In this document: piece by piece, positions 48,066 to 61,442 of the stretch | Numbering within the stretch: position 1 is the first letter of the stretch | How the letters are laid out: each line of letters opens with the position of its first letter | Assembly: GCF_023055435.1 (NCBI RefSeq) | Contig: NW_025963779.1 | Coordinates: 8,618,001 to 8,682,000 of the forward strand | Direction of reading: 5' to 3' | DNA from: Haliotis rufescens | Lineage: Eukaryota | DNA: 64,000 nt | Translations under genes and position numbers: made by a program | Notes under the pieces: model-generated | What the model was told of the DNA's origin: nothing | Database searches by the model: none | What the model saw: only the letters and a program-made list of their open reading frames with translations

Positions 48066-50874
48066 GGTTCTACTACACCAAATCAGAACCAGTTTGGACA
48101 GTGCGGTTTTCGTAGCCTTCAGTGTAGATCGAGAGATATCTGCAGGCTGTGATTGGAGGATATTCTGTAAGATTTTTATGTCTTTCAAATGTACATCCAT
48201 CCAGTTATTAAAACTGACCATGTTTTTCTATATTTAGTACTGTCTTTTTCAACATGATGACTTATGCTGAATGTGACCACAGCTATTTTCAAGTAGGTGA
48301 CATTTGGTGCGAAACTGGGGGTGGTGTGTTTAGCTTCCGGTACTCGGAAAAGGAGCTGACTAAGCTAGTCATTTTAATTTTTTTTATTGCTGCTCAAAGG
48401 CCAAACTGTGCACACACATACAGGTAATAGCTGTTGAATGCTAAGTTATTTAAAAAAAAATCATAACGTTACTATAGAAGTCTATGGGAAAACATTTGGT
48501 TGTGTGTAACCTGTAGGGTGAGTGCACATTTCAGTAATTCATACTTTACATGCTTTTCTGTTTATATTTCACCATGGATACACCTTGAGGCAAATTTAAA
48601 AATAATGACAGTGAAGTTGGGGACATTTTGGGTTGAATGGAGCATTTGGATGGCCTGGAAATGAATGTTGCTTCGTATTGTGGTCGAACTCAGCACGAAC
48701 CCCCCAGGGTACCACTGTCCAACAAGCCCTCCTCCTGCCTTCTGAATTTGTTGAAACTGATGAATTTGACAACAAATTAGGATAAGTCACCACTGCCACA
48801 ACAAATTCTGCCTTATGTCAATTGCTTGCCAGTCAAGTTACGCGATGCCGTTATCTTGAGTATGAAGCATGTACACTGCTGACAGCAGAATATGTCACAC
48901 ATCCTCTTATTTACAGTAAACAATGTAGCATACCAATATATCTTTCTGTTAGGTGCTCTTGTGTGAATGAATGATGCTATTTTTCTATTAAGTTTCTTAA
49001 AACAGACTTTTTTTTCACTTATATGACTTTCAAATAATTATTTTGTCCCTCAAGAACTGACTCCTGGCTGTTATATCCAAACTGGTTTGCCATTTGATAT
49101 TGTCTGAACATTTTTTTCAGCTTTTCGCATGCCTGATGTTGACTGGGGAGGTATATGTGCACTCATGCAGAAGAAGTAGGAGTTTCGACATCGAATTTGG
49201 CATTTGGAGAAGCTGATCCGAAGTCCGGTGTTGGCAGTGTGTGATCGACAACCCTTGATTTGCCTCGCTGCGCTCTATTACCTTGTAGAAGTTGTGGAAC
49301 TTGGACATGTAGGTACATTAAGTACATTTAAGAACCCCAGTCCACTTGAGGTTCCTCTGTTGCACACTATCAAGTGCCATAATAAGATCACCCTCATGCA
49401 CTAGACATTTCTAACAGTGCTCCCTTAATGCCCCACTGTGCAGTTTTTCAGTTTGCAAACATGAAATAAGGGCTATACACCAGTCCCAGAACCTACTTAG
49501 ATGAAAATAATATCCACTGGCTCTTTTGGAATGTAACATTATGGTTCTGAAATCATCTGTAAAGAATGTGATCGTGTTCGACAATACTGAATTATCTCCC
49601 CTGTTTAGTAAAATGCATTGTATCTTTCATTCCCCTATAAACCCATAAATTATTGTAGAGAAACACTATTTTAAGCTGGCATCGCATGACACTGTTAATT
49701 GTGAATAAAAAGAATTACATTTATGTCAGGATAAGCTGTACATTTTCAAAATATTATGGAATTTTAACTTTGTTTCATTGAAACTGGCAAATAACTGAAA
49801 TAAGCAAGTTTAGCCACCTTGAAACATTAAACAGTAAGGATGTTTGATGTCCTGTGAGTATTTTAAAGTCTTAACTAAATAAATCAATAGAGTTAAGTGT
49901 AATTTCCTTCCATATTGTGGTTTCAAAGAGCTTTCTTCTACTTGAGGGTCCATTTCCATTTCTCGGCTTTAATAGGCAGTATGGTTCACTGGTCAGCATT
50001 TGAGATTGCTGGCAACAATGCACCCTTTTACTTCCTATTTTTTGGTAAAGCTCATTATCCAGCCTTACATATATGATGACTTTAAAGCTGCTTAAAGTGT
50101 CCCTTGCTTATTGTTGGCCTGAATTCCATGCTCTCTGTCCAATTTTGAGATTTGTTTCTGATTCCTTTCCATGTGTACTTATGTCACCAGCCTATATCAT
50201 AGGTGATTATACTTTTGATTTTTGAAGTATATGAAAGCCCAAAAATTTGTGATAGCCCCTCCATAGATGATTTACCAAATGCTGACAGCCATTTGAGTGT
50301 TTAATTATATAAACAATGGATGGTGTAAGTTCGAGCAATCTCAAACAATATCAATCGCATCATGTCATGAGTGTCAAAACCATATTCCATGAATGTAGCA
50401 GACTCTGCTATGTTCTGATGATGTCAGCAAAGTAAGGCAAACAACAGACCACTACTCAATTTTAAATATGTATTGTAACTGGTTTTGAGGTTTAAAGATT
50501 TGTTCAATTTTTTTAGTCGAAAAAATATTTTAGGGTGATATGATCTATGCAGCCTCAATCATTTATAGAATTGACCCTTGACCCCCTTCTTTTATGAAAT
50601 AAGAATTAACTCCCATGGTCAGTGCATGAAGGTAGAAACTTCTTTATTAATACAGAAATACCTTTTGTAAAACATTGATGAAGTGTACATCCTTAAACTC
50701 TCACAACTCTTTCTGTGCATCAAAACTATGTATTCTGGTGCCATATAGACATGCTGGATAGGAACAAGTAGTGAAGTTTAATCCAATTTCCATTTTTTTT
50801 CTGAGAAGCTACATATATATACAATACATAAATCAAAGATTTGACAAGTGCAAATATATTCTGATTTGTCTGCA
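48066..50874. mobile_element. 2.8 kb insertion private to unit 6, probable non-autonomous DNA transposon with imperfect or truncated TIRs
   Basis: Interrupts CCTATA|ACGTCATATGA, which is intact at about 60442. Left end ..CACCAAATCAGAACCAGTTTG and right end CAAATATATTCTGATTTG.. share an inverted CAAATCAGAA core. No transposase ORF and no clear TSD. Confidence 0.7.
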
Positions 50875-51247
50875 ACGTCATATGATTGGAGTAGTATTAA
50901 AAGGTGTATGAAGCGCAGACTACTGTGGTACTCCTGGTATTATTTTGTTATAACAGCTGACATTTCCCATTCTTCCTTGTATTTGGACCGCATCAGTGGC
51001 CGAGTGCATAGAGCGTCATCCCGGGGAGTGGTAGGTCGGCGGTACGATCCCCAGTCACGTCTTACCAAAAGACGTTAAAAGATTTTACCTGTTCCCTGTT
51101 TGGCGATTGAGGGGACACACTGAGGACTGGTTGAGGCTCGGAGTCAGTATTCTTTGTATGAGTGGGGTATCTATGTTAAACAGGGGCTTGGTATCTCAGG
51201 GGGCTAGCACTGTGAAACCGACATGAGTCCGGACTAGTACAAGCATA

Positions 51248-51287
<40 letters not shown>

Positions 51288-51885
51288 CGATTCTATATAA
51301 GCGCAATAATCTTGAACGCAATGTTAAACCCAATCTCGCCTCACCTTGTCGTATTTGTCACACAATCTGACTACAAATAAGATCTGCAATTGTCGTGCCT
51401 GTTAATATTAATAATATTGTGTCTGTAACAGAGGCTCTTGTTACAATATTAATAGCTTCTGGTAGATTACCAACATAAACACCTTTTTGCCAGAAGTAAT
51501 TCAACATATGTTATATGATCAATGTCTTCGTTCACTTCTGATATTAAGCATTATGTCACAGTTTCAGTATCTGCAAAGTGTTATGAACGATGTTACGGCA
51601 CAGTTTCGTTGTAAAAATATTGACTGAAAAAAGAAACCCTTAGCATGAAATAAGGCCTGTTCATCTTCTTCTGTGGTTGTTTCTTCCACAAAACAGATCA
51701 AATAGGCCATAAATCTGTGACAATGTATATAGAAATATTAATCTGAGTGTAGGAAACCAACGAAATGAAGGTTTTACAGACAATCCGATAGAAAGATAAG
51801 TGAAAAGCCCACGTAAGTGTCAGGTTTTGTGAGGAGATTTTACACTAATCTGCCGAACAGGTCAAAGAATTTGCATGGAGTAAAA

Positions 51886-52862
51886 CTTCGTAATAAACAT
51901 CGTATACAATAGTGTGGGATTGCAGCTCCCCTCCACTCGAGTCATCCAGCATTTGAGACACACTCGACCACTTACACCCGAATGGTTCAGATTAACTAAT
52001 TTCATTAAAGAATGATGTCATCATGTTTCACAATGAAAATCAGTTTCAAGCCACAAAGTATGTACACGTGATTAAAACTTGAGCACTTCAAAATGCATTC
52101 AATCAGGAAATTGTAAGGACTAATTTCCGTTCTGAATGCAATGAACCTCTTGAAACTCGTGGATTCAGAATAATAGATGTCTGCCCAAGACCAAAGGCTC
52201 CATCAAGTATGGAGGAATTAACGTTCACCATATAAACAAGGCAATTGCAGTAGAAATTGTCCTTATTTTCCTTATCAGATAGCTAGGGAATCTTACCCCG
52301 GAATGCCCCGATGGTAAAGTATTTGAAAGTATTCCTGAAGCAAATTTAATTTGTTCTCAGCGTTGAAAAAAATGTGGAGGAAAAAAAAATTGTCTGAAAC
52401 TAACATGCATGTGTTCTGTTATGCTTGATGTATTAAGGGAAAACTGTCTAAATGCAGATGAACTGTTTCCAGTTTGTTAGTTCATTCTTTGGTGGTTAGG
52501 TCTTGAGGCTGAGCGATATTCTGATAGTATATAAAGACTGGGTTCGAATCCCCAGGGAAGAGACATTAAGTTCGTTAAGATCGTCTTCGTGGTTTGGACA
52601 AATAATTGGTTAAAAGATATGACACACTTCTACACTCGCGTCGACCTTAGTACATATACACAGCCATATGGTTATAATGAACAAGGTTTTAAACGACTGC
52701 ACTCGTTGTGTGAACGTTTAACCGGTGCGCATGCATAACGCATAACTGGTTGGGGCTCGGAGTCAGTATTCTTTGTCTGAGTGGGGTATCTATGTTAAAC
52801 AGGGGCTTGGTCAGGGGGCTAGCACTGTTAAACCGACATGAGTCCGGACTAGTACAAGCATA

Positions 52863-52898
<36 letters not shown>

Positions 52899-53504
52899 CT
52901 CACGCACGATTCTATATAAGCGCAATAATCTTGAACGCAATGTTAAACCCAATCTCGCCTCACCTTGTCGTATTTGTCACACAATCTGACTACAAATAAG
53001 ATCTGCAATTGTCGTGCCTGTTAATATTAATAATATTGTGTCTGTAACAGAGGCTCTTGTTACAATATTAATAGCTTCTGGTAGATTACCAACATAAACA
53101 CCTTTTTGCCAGAAGTAATTCAACATATGTTATATGATCAATGTCTTCGTTCACTTCTGATATTAAGCATTATGTCGCAGTTTCAGCATCTGCCGAGTGT
53201 TATGAACGATGTAACGGCACAGTTTCGTTGTAAAAATATTGACTGAAAAAAGAAACCCTTAGCATGAAATAAGGCATGTTCAACTTCTTCTGTGGTTGTT
53301 TCTTCCACAAAACAGATCAAATAGGCCATACATCTTTGACAATGTATATAGAAATATTAATGTGCGTGTAGGAAACTAACGAAATGAAGGTTTTACAGAC
53401 ATTCCGATAGAAAGATAAGTGAAAAGCCCACGCAAGTGTCAGGTTTTGTGAGGAGATTTCACACTAATCTGCCGAACAATTCAAAGAATTTGCATGGGGT
53501 AAAA
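51886..53504. repeat. Extra 1.6 kb partial unit created by the junction at 52745
   Basis: At 52745 the sequence jumps back to ACTGGTTG(G/A)GGCTCGGAG (compare 51126). The 1619 bp offset equals the anchor spacing. Confidence 0.85.
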
Positions 53505-56500
53505 CTTCGTAATAAACATCGTATACAATAGTGTGGGATTGCAGCTCCCCTCCACTCGAGTCATCCAGCATTTGAGACATACTGGACCACTTACATCCGA
53601 ATGGTTCAGATTAACTAATTTCATTAAAGAATGATGTCATCATGTTTCACAATGAAAATCAGTTTCAAGCCCAAAGTATGTACACGTGATTAAAACTTGA
53701 GCACTTCAAAATGAATTCACACAAGAAAGTGTAAGAACTCATTTCCGTTCTGAATGCAATGAACCTCTTGAAACTCATGGATTCAGAATAATAGATGTCT
53801 GAGCAAGACCAAAGGATCCATCAAGTATGGAGGATTTAACGTTCACGATATATAAACAAGGCAATTGCAGTAGAAATTGTCCTTATTTACCTTATCAGAT
53901 AGCTAGGAAATCTTACCCCGGAATGCCCCGATGGTAAAGTATTTAAAAGTATTCCAGAAGCAAATTTAATTTGTTCTCAGCGTTGAAAAAATGTGGAGAA
54001 AAGAAAATGTGTGAAACTAACATGCATGTGTTCTGTTATGCTGGATGTATTAAGGGGAAACTGTCTAAATGCAGATGAACTGTTTCCAGTTAGTTAGTTC
54101 ATTCTTTGGTGGTTAGGTCTTGAGGCTGTGCGATATTCTGGAAGTATATAAAGACTGGGTGCAACTCCCAGACATTGAGTTCTTGTTCATTGTTTGGACG
54201 AATAATTGGTAAAAAAGATATGACACACTTCTACACTGGTTACTCGTGTTGATCTTAGTACAGATACACAGACATATGTTTGTAATGAACCATGGTGTTA
54301 ACGACTGCACTCACTCTCACGTTTGTAAATAAATCTCGTGTGAAGTTTTAATCGGTGCGCATGCATAACGCCATGGTATATCTGTAATGTTGTTGATTGT
54401 AGCTTTAAATGCCATTCATTCACTCACTTATACATTCGTTCTTGATATTGTTGTAATTTCGAGGACCAAAGCATAGATCTCATTTACTCGCTGTGATATT
54501 GATGTAAAGTTCTAAAAGGCATAAACCTCTTTCACTCACGCACTCACTCTCATTTGTAGACGCCCGCACCCTCAATGATACATCTATAATGTTGATATAC
54601 ACTCACACTTTGTAAATCAGGGTCAGATTTGGTGCTCAGCAACCAATGCTTGTTGTAAGCGGCTGCTAACGGGATCGGGCGGTCTTTCTCGCTGACTTGG
54701 TTGATGCATGTCATCTTTTCCGGATATGGGCTTGAATATTTCCGAGTGCGGTGTTGAAAAAAACCGAAATAACAGTTTGTCGAAACGTGCACTCAATGTG
54801 ATGTTGCTATAATGTTGCTGACAAAGGCATCAACCGTCTTACACAAATATTTATAAAACATTCATATACAAAAGAAACTCCACTGTATGTTCGCCATCTC
54901 CACGTGTATAGCCCTTACCCAGTTTATCTCAATCATTTTAGTCAACATTAGGGTTTACTGCCATTTTGACACTTAAATGGGCGGAATAGATCATGAAAAG
55001 AGAAAAATAACTCTAATTTAATCAAACTCATTTCCAGCGCATGTTGTTTCCCAACCTATGTTGTGTAAAGAACATACTGTCGCGGTGAGGAGCTTGTAGT
55101 TTGATATCAAAAGGGTAATAATACTTTTCGGAAAATCGAAAGTCCACCACAACAAATACAGTTTCCGTTTCGTCTGTCCCTTATTTTGTTCAACCAATAT
55201 GTTTATCACAACGTGGCCGCACCTTCTCGAAGATATAAAACGTGTTGCACAATTATCTAACGGTTTATTTTGACAGTATACATGCATGTTTTGTTTTACA
55301 TTTTTCTCCTCATATGTTTTTGATGCTGTAAATAGCTTATCTCACAGGAAATTATTCTTGCAAGAATCGCATGGAACCGTGAGGTATTAATAATTCAAAA
55401 CTGTCCGACACCTTATAGCCAGGAACACCTTTTCAAAAACAATTTTGATTTGATCATAAAATCTGGTGTCACATGAAAGATATCTTTATGGGATTTTACT
55501 TAACTGGAAAGATGCCTACAGATCATCTATGACGTTCTGCGCCCACGGGTACACTTAGTCTCATTCTAATTTAAATTGCTTCATGATGGTGTTAAGACAC
55601 TTTGACGTTAACTCAAGCCAATCAAATCCGATAGGAAGCATCACATCCGGGTAACACCACCAATGTCAATGCACAGATCAGTCGCTACCGTGTAGCCTGG
55701 AGATGCTATCTATTTCTTTCATTGTTGCCATGATGCGTAGGTATTCCGGTGCAGAATAGACCCCCAGTTCTGTTTGTTTGTTTTTAACGCCGCACTCAGC
55801 AATATTCCAGCTTTTTGACGGCGGATTGTAAATAATGAAGTCTTGAACAGACACTATAAGGATTGACATCATGAGCATCCATCTTCGAAAATGGGATACC
55901 AAGTCAGCTAGCGTTTTATCTTGGATATGAGGAGAACGGGACTTTTTTAGAAGAAGAATTGACGTGCAGTTAAATGTGTTTGTGACAGGTGCCATTTATG
56001 GGGCAGGATGCGTGCACTTTTTCCGGACTACTTGTATTATCATTATTTAGTCATAAACACCTAGTCGTGGTATATTCGGAATCGTACAATGGACTCTTAA
56101 GACTTCTTAAAAGAGTTTTGTCGTTTAGTTAACTGTATGTGTGCCATCCGCTTTGTACTACTAACATGACATAGTACCTCATAACCCAACAATACCTGCA
56201 TCGCATTATTATAAACGATTTATCGAAGCCTTTCACAGTGTGATTCCAACAATGCGTGTATAAATGAGTCGCGGAAAATGGGTTGTTGCATCCCACTGTG
56301 TTGAAGGGACACAGAGACTCATATTTCCTATCTTCTGTCGAATTAACTGTCTGGTTGACATTCATGTCTTGCTGTTTTTAACCATTAACTGACCATGCTC
56401 TACATCTTGTGATTAACGTTTGGAATTATTTTCATATGATCCGTCTAGAGTTCATTTTGAAAATAGAATGGGAATTGTAGAAAGTTTAATAAGACTCCTT

Positions 56501-59500
56501 ATTGCATAGCGTTCCTTGTTCTATTCTGTTGAAGGTTTCAATGTTCGGCAATGCAAGAGTTAAGATAAATAGATTTCTCAATATATTTTAAAGCTGTTGT
56601 CCCCCACAAAACTCATGATACGACCCCTTTGCACGTGTAATCCGTGATACCTGCACTTCACTATATCGAATTTCTAATGGCAAAACAAGCGTTCCAACAT
56701 ACCCTATTTCACAGCGGATTAAAAGAAATGGTTTTGCAATTACAATAAGGCAGGTCTAAATGTTTGACGTTTAAATAATGTCATGCATAAACAGCATCCG
56801 TTTCATGGGCCGACATTCCATCATACATTCCCATCTCCTCAACGATCTCTACAGGACGTGGCAATGAATTGAACACTCGAGAGCTGATTTATTGCACTCA
56901 AAGGTTTTTGAAAACGACTTTCAGCGTAATGTCTGTTTTAAAAGCATCGTATTTGTAACGTTTCGTGTGTCGACATTCGCAAGATATTACCATCTACAAG
57001 TTTGAACTAAAATAAATAAATACATGTTTGTCATTAACGAAATTTTGTAATTTGGGGAACGTATTTAAATCTTCGTTTGCAGTATTCGTGCTTAAGAGGT
57101 ACAAATAAAAGTCAGCGATGCGTTAATTTGTATGGTGTCTCATTAACTATTGAAAAAGTTAATTGCAACTACATTAGCAAACAGTTGAAAGAAATAATGC
57201 AAAACCTGATCTAGTTAAATGAAACTAAATCAGATTTCGATTCAATATTTTTTTAAACTCAACTGTCGGTTCTCTTGGCGTTCTTTTGACGTCATGATTG
57301 TCACAGAATTTGAATGGACTCCGGAAATACAAGCACATTTTGACGAAACCGAGATAATAAGTGATAAAAGAGCCTCGTAAGGATATCTACCTTTGTTGAG
57401 ATAGCGAAACCTGTTTGAAGATATAGCCGATTAATAGAAATAGGTTACTAACAATGATAAAATTCAAAGAACTCAGAAATTGGGAAATCAAAAATCGCTT
57501 CCTGCTTTCCCATAATCCAGTCACTGAGGCCCTTGACTTAGAGGGTGATACACAGACTAAAAACTAATCGGTGAGTGAGTGTAGTTACAACGAAGCTCGA
57601 GATTTATTAGAAATAGTGAAGCAAAAACTAGCCTAGCCTTTAGAATGGTCCTTGCCAAACAACACATCCCTCAGATTGACTGCAAAGAAATGATTCAAAC
57701 TTAAGGAGGCACCGAATTTTTAAAGTCTTCATGTGAAACGTTTCTTTGAAAGAAACGATTATTTATCTTGTTCGTAATCAGGGAAGTCGAGGAAAGGGAT
57801 GAAGTGGAATCCGGACAATAATCATTCTGCTTTAACCAAATATCGAACTAGCTTCAGAGACGAAGTGAAATCACATTGGAAACAAAATTATCTGAGAAGG
57901 TTGGCTGTTTCTTGTTTCGTCTTCATATCTTGGATTGAGTATCATGATATTTGTATAACTTGACCTCAAACCTGTGGTTACATCTTTTTTTCGAGTATAT
58001 AATGTACATTTGATTTTGCATGAATTCAGGCTTTTTCATATATGTAAGATGTATATAGATACCTCTTGGGGCAGGCATGGATCGCTGAAGGGCGGTTATA
58101 ACACGTCATCATTTTACTGTATGTATTTTAGCTTATTAAAGTCTGTCGGAGAAATGTTAAGTTCTAAAAAATCTGTGGTCAGGGTTTAAAATATATTTTC
58201 GTAAATTGTATAATGTTGGCTGTATCGGGGTCTTCCTTTGTGGTGTGCCTGAGTTAGTGAATTTTTAGAAAGCTTTGGACTTTTTTCAGTTTTCTCGCCG
58301 GTTGTCGTTAATGGAAGAAATGCTGACAAACCAAGGATCTTAATCTTTCACCAGAGTGCATGTGTATGGTTTTCCTCAACCTTTAGCATTATTAGATTAT
58401 TATTATATTGGCTTACCCATATGGGGAATCGAACCTAGATCTTGGGCGTGAAGAGCGAAACCACGAGGCTAAGCCACCGCCCCTTTTTGACTAGAATTGG
58501 CAGCCAAGTGTCGTAACTTAACACAACGAGCACACATTATCCTGAGATGGATACGAGAATTGACGCGACGTAAAGTATAAACCCAGGGTCCTCTTTCACA
58601 AAGCGTTCGGAACTAAGACGGTCGAGACTTCCACAGTGGAACCGAGACTTATGAGACAACGCAGTCTCACGTGGTTTTACGTTGAGGTTGGCTTTGGGAA
58701 TTCATATCATCGAACACTGGGCACTGGGCCATCTCCGTTCTAGTCCAGTTACACTTCGGAAAACATAGGGTCGCTTTATTTCTTTGGTCAGCACTCAACA
58801 TTTCGAGAAAATGACATTTGTCTGATCTGAATTATTTAATTCTTCTGTTCGGGTGGTTAAGATGTCTTCGAGACGTTTAATGATTTATACACATGGATGT
58901 AATATACTTAAATTTCAAATGTTCCGTATGTGAAGTACATTTGCAAATGTCTTTACTCGTAACTGTCTAATTGAATGGAAATCACATATTTCTAAAAGAA
59001 AATACATTTTTTTCTTTAAGTTTCAGTCTAATCAGATACGTCACGGTTATCTGAGTGTAAATGACACAAACTTTAACTACAGGTATAGCTAGTTCTAAAA
59101 GACGTTTCAGGGTTCCGTGGATTCCAGTCTCTATAATTAGGTCAATTTCCCAAAGGTGAAGACGCTGAGGGGTATGAAAACCAATCAAGAAAAAGAGTAA
59201 AGTAGTTGTAAGTAAATAAGTAAGTTTGATAAATGAACGTACAATGATAAACCACATTTGCAGTTGTTAATGCATATATTTATGTGGGTCTTGTCATGAC
59301 TTCAAAGTGTTGTCAAAGGCTTGCAAAACAAGCTGGTAAAACTTTCTTTCCTATTTAATCTCTCCTCAGGAAATATGAAATATTTACTATATATTTTGAA
59401 ACATTGACATCGTACATAGGAAATAGTGTAATTGTATCTTAGGTTTACGATGTAGAACCCCAAACTGTTTTACATGTGGGGAAACTGGTAGATATCCTCT

Positions 59501-61442
59501 ATTTGGAAACATGTATCATGTACTGGCTTCGTCTGTTGACGATGTCACATCAGAGGCACCCTTATCAATGCTATCGAATGTTAGTAAGTAACAATAATTG
59601 ATAAGAAACACCCAAATGGGGCTACCATCGTAAGAAAGATAGTATCTTTATTTCAACATGGTTTTGGGTATGTGTGGATTGCACCATAACTGGGCGACCC
59701 TGTTCGATTTATGGATTCTGAAATGTGTATAGAAATCGAATGATAGACTTTGCTACCCAAAAAAAACAAATTATTAGAAATGAACAGTGACCAGGCTTGA
59801 ACAACGAATAAACCTTTTGTCTCTTTCTCTCTGTCTGTCTGTCAGTCTGTCTGTCTTCAAGCATATGCTTGTTCATTCGAAACTACATCTCACACGCTGT
59901 AAGCGTTGTAAAACAATATTCATTCATTACGTTGGTATTTGAATATCACGAATTTGAAAGCCACAATGCATATGTGCCACGATATCAAATACTAATAAAA
60001 AACCTTGCAACTTGTTTTACAGATAAAAAGGGACTTATTTGATGCTGATTCCGATCATGTAACATGCTTTACGTATGTGTGTGATCGTGATTAAGTGTGT
60101 TATTTTGAGAGGGTGGGTTCGAATCCCGTTCGAATATGTTGCATTTGATCGCTTTCTAAAAGATATTGTGTATTTATGTTTAAAGTTACCTGTCAAGGTA
60201 AAACAGTTGAGCTCAGTTCATACAATGTCTGTTTCATCTACAACAGAGATCAGATACCACGACTAGCTTGCAGCTGTCGTCTCAAGATGTCTGTACATCC
60301 TAGGTGAGTAGAGATCATAATGAGGTTTTAATGTCTTTGGCCAATTCCACATATTGTCCGTTGCTACATTTTTCAAAACAGTTTGATTTTATTTGGTTCA
60401 CATGATCTTAGTTCCAGGTCCTTCAAATGTTGTCACTTGTTCCTATAACGTCATATGACTGGAGTAGTACTAAAAGGTGTATGAAGCGCAGACTACTGTT
60501 GTACTCCTGGTATTATTTTGTTATAACAGCTGACATTTCCCATTCTTCCTTGTATTTGGACCGCATCAGTGGCCGAGTGCATGGAGCGTCATCCCGGGGA
60601 GTGGTAGGTCGGCGGTACGATCCCCAGTCACGTCTAACCAAAAGACGTTAAAAGATTTTACCTGTTCCCTGTTTGGCGATTGAGGGGACACACTGAGGAC
60701 TGGTTGGGGCTCGGAGTCAGTATTCTTTGTATGAGTGGGGTATCTATGTTAAACAGGGGCTTGGTATCTCACGGGGCTAGCACTGTTAAACCGACATGAG
60801 TCCGGACTAGTACAAAAATACGCACGCACGGACGCACGCACGCATATCCCTATAAAAGCGCAATAATCTTGAACGCCATGTTAAACCCCGTCTCGCCTCA
60901 CCTTGTCGTATTTGTCACACAATCTGACTACAAATAAGATCTGCAATTGTCGTGCCTGTTAATATTAATAATATTGTGTCTGTAACAGAGGCTCTTGTTA
61001 CAATATTAATAGCTTCTGGTAGATCACCATCACAAACACCTTTTTGCCAGAAGTAATTCAACATATGTTATATGATCAATGTCTTCGTTCACTTCTGATA
61101 TTAAGCATTATGTCACAGTTTCAGTATCTGCAAAGTGTTATGAACGATGTTACGGCACAGTTTCGTTGTAAAAATATTGACTGAAAAAAGAAACCCTTAG
61201 CATGAAATAAGGCCTGTTCATCTTCTTCTGTGGTTGTTTCTTCCACAAAACAGATCAAATAGGCCATAAATCTGTGACAATGTATATAGAAATATTAATC
61301 TGAGTGTAGGAAACCAACGAAATGAAGGTTTTACAGACAATCCGATAGAAAGATAAGTGAAAAGCCCACGTAAGTGTCAGGTTTTGTGAGGAGATTTTAC
61401 ACTAATCTGCCGAACAGGTCAAAGAATTTGCATGGAGTAAAA
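53505..61442. repeat. Unit 7 (type D')
   Basis: Anchor to anchor. Shares the D-type RT deletion junction (46770/59165). Confidence 0.85.
59168..59815 (+). mobile_element. LINE relic with RT core deleted, unit 7
   Basis: Same deletion junction and remnant as unit 6. Confidence 0.75.

Larger units (their letters stand above)
40797..51885. repeat. Unit 6 (type D, with 2.8 kb insertion)
   Basis: Highly similar to unit 7; the 63-aa spurious ORFs at 47693 and 60075 are identical. Confidence 0.85.
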
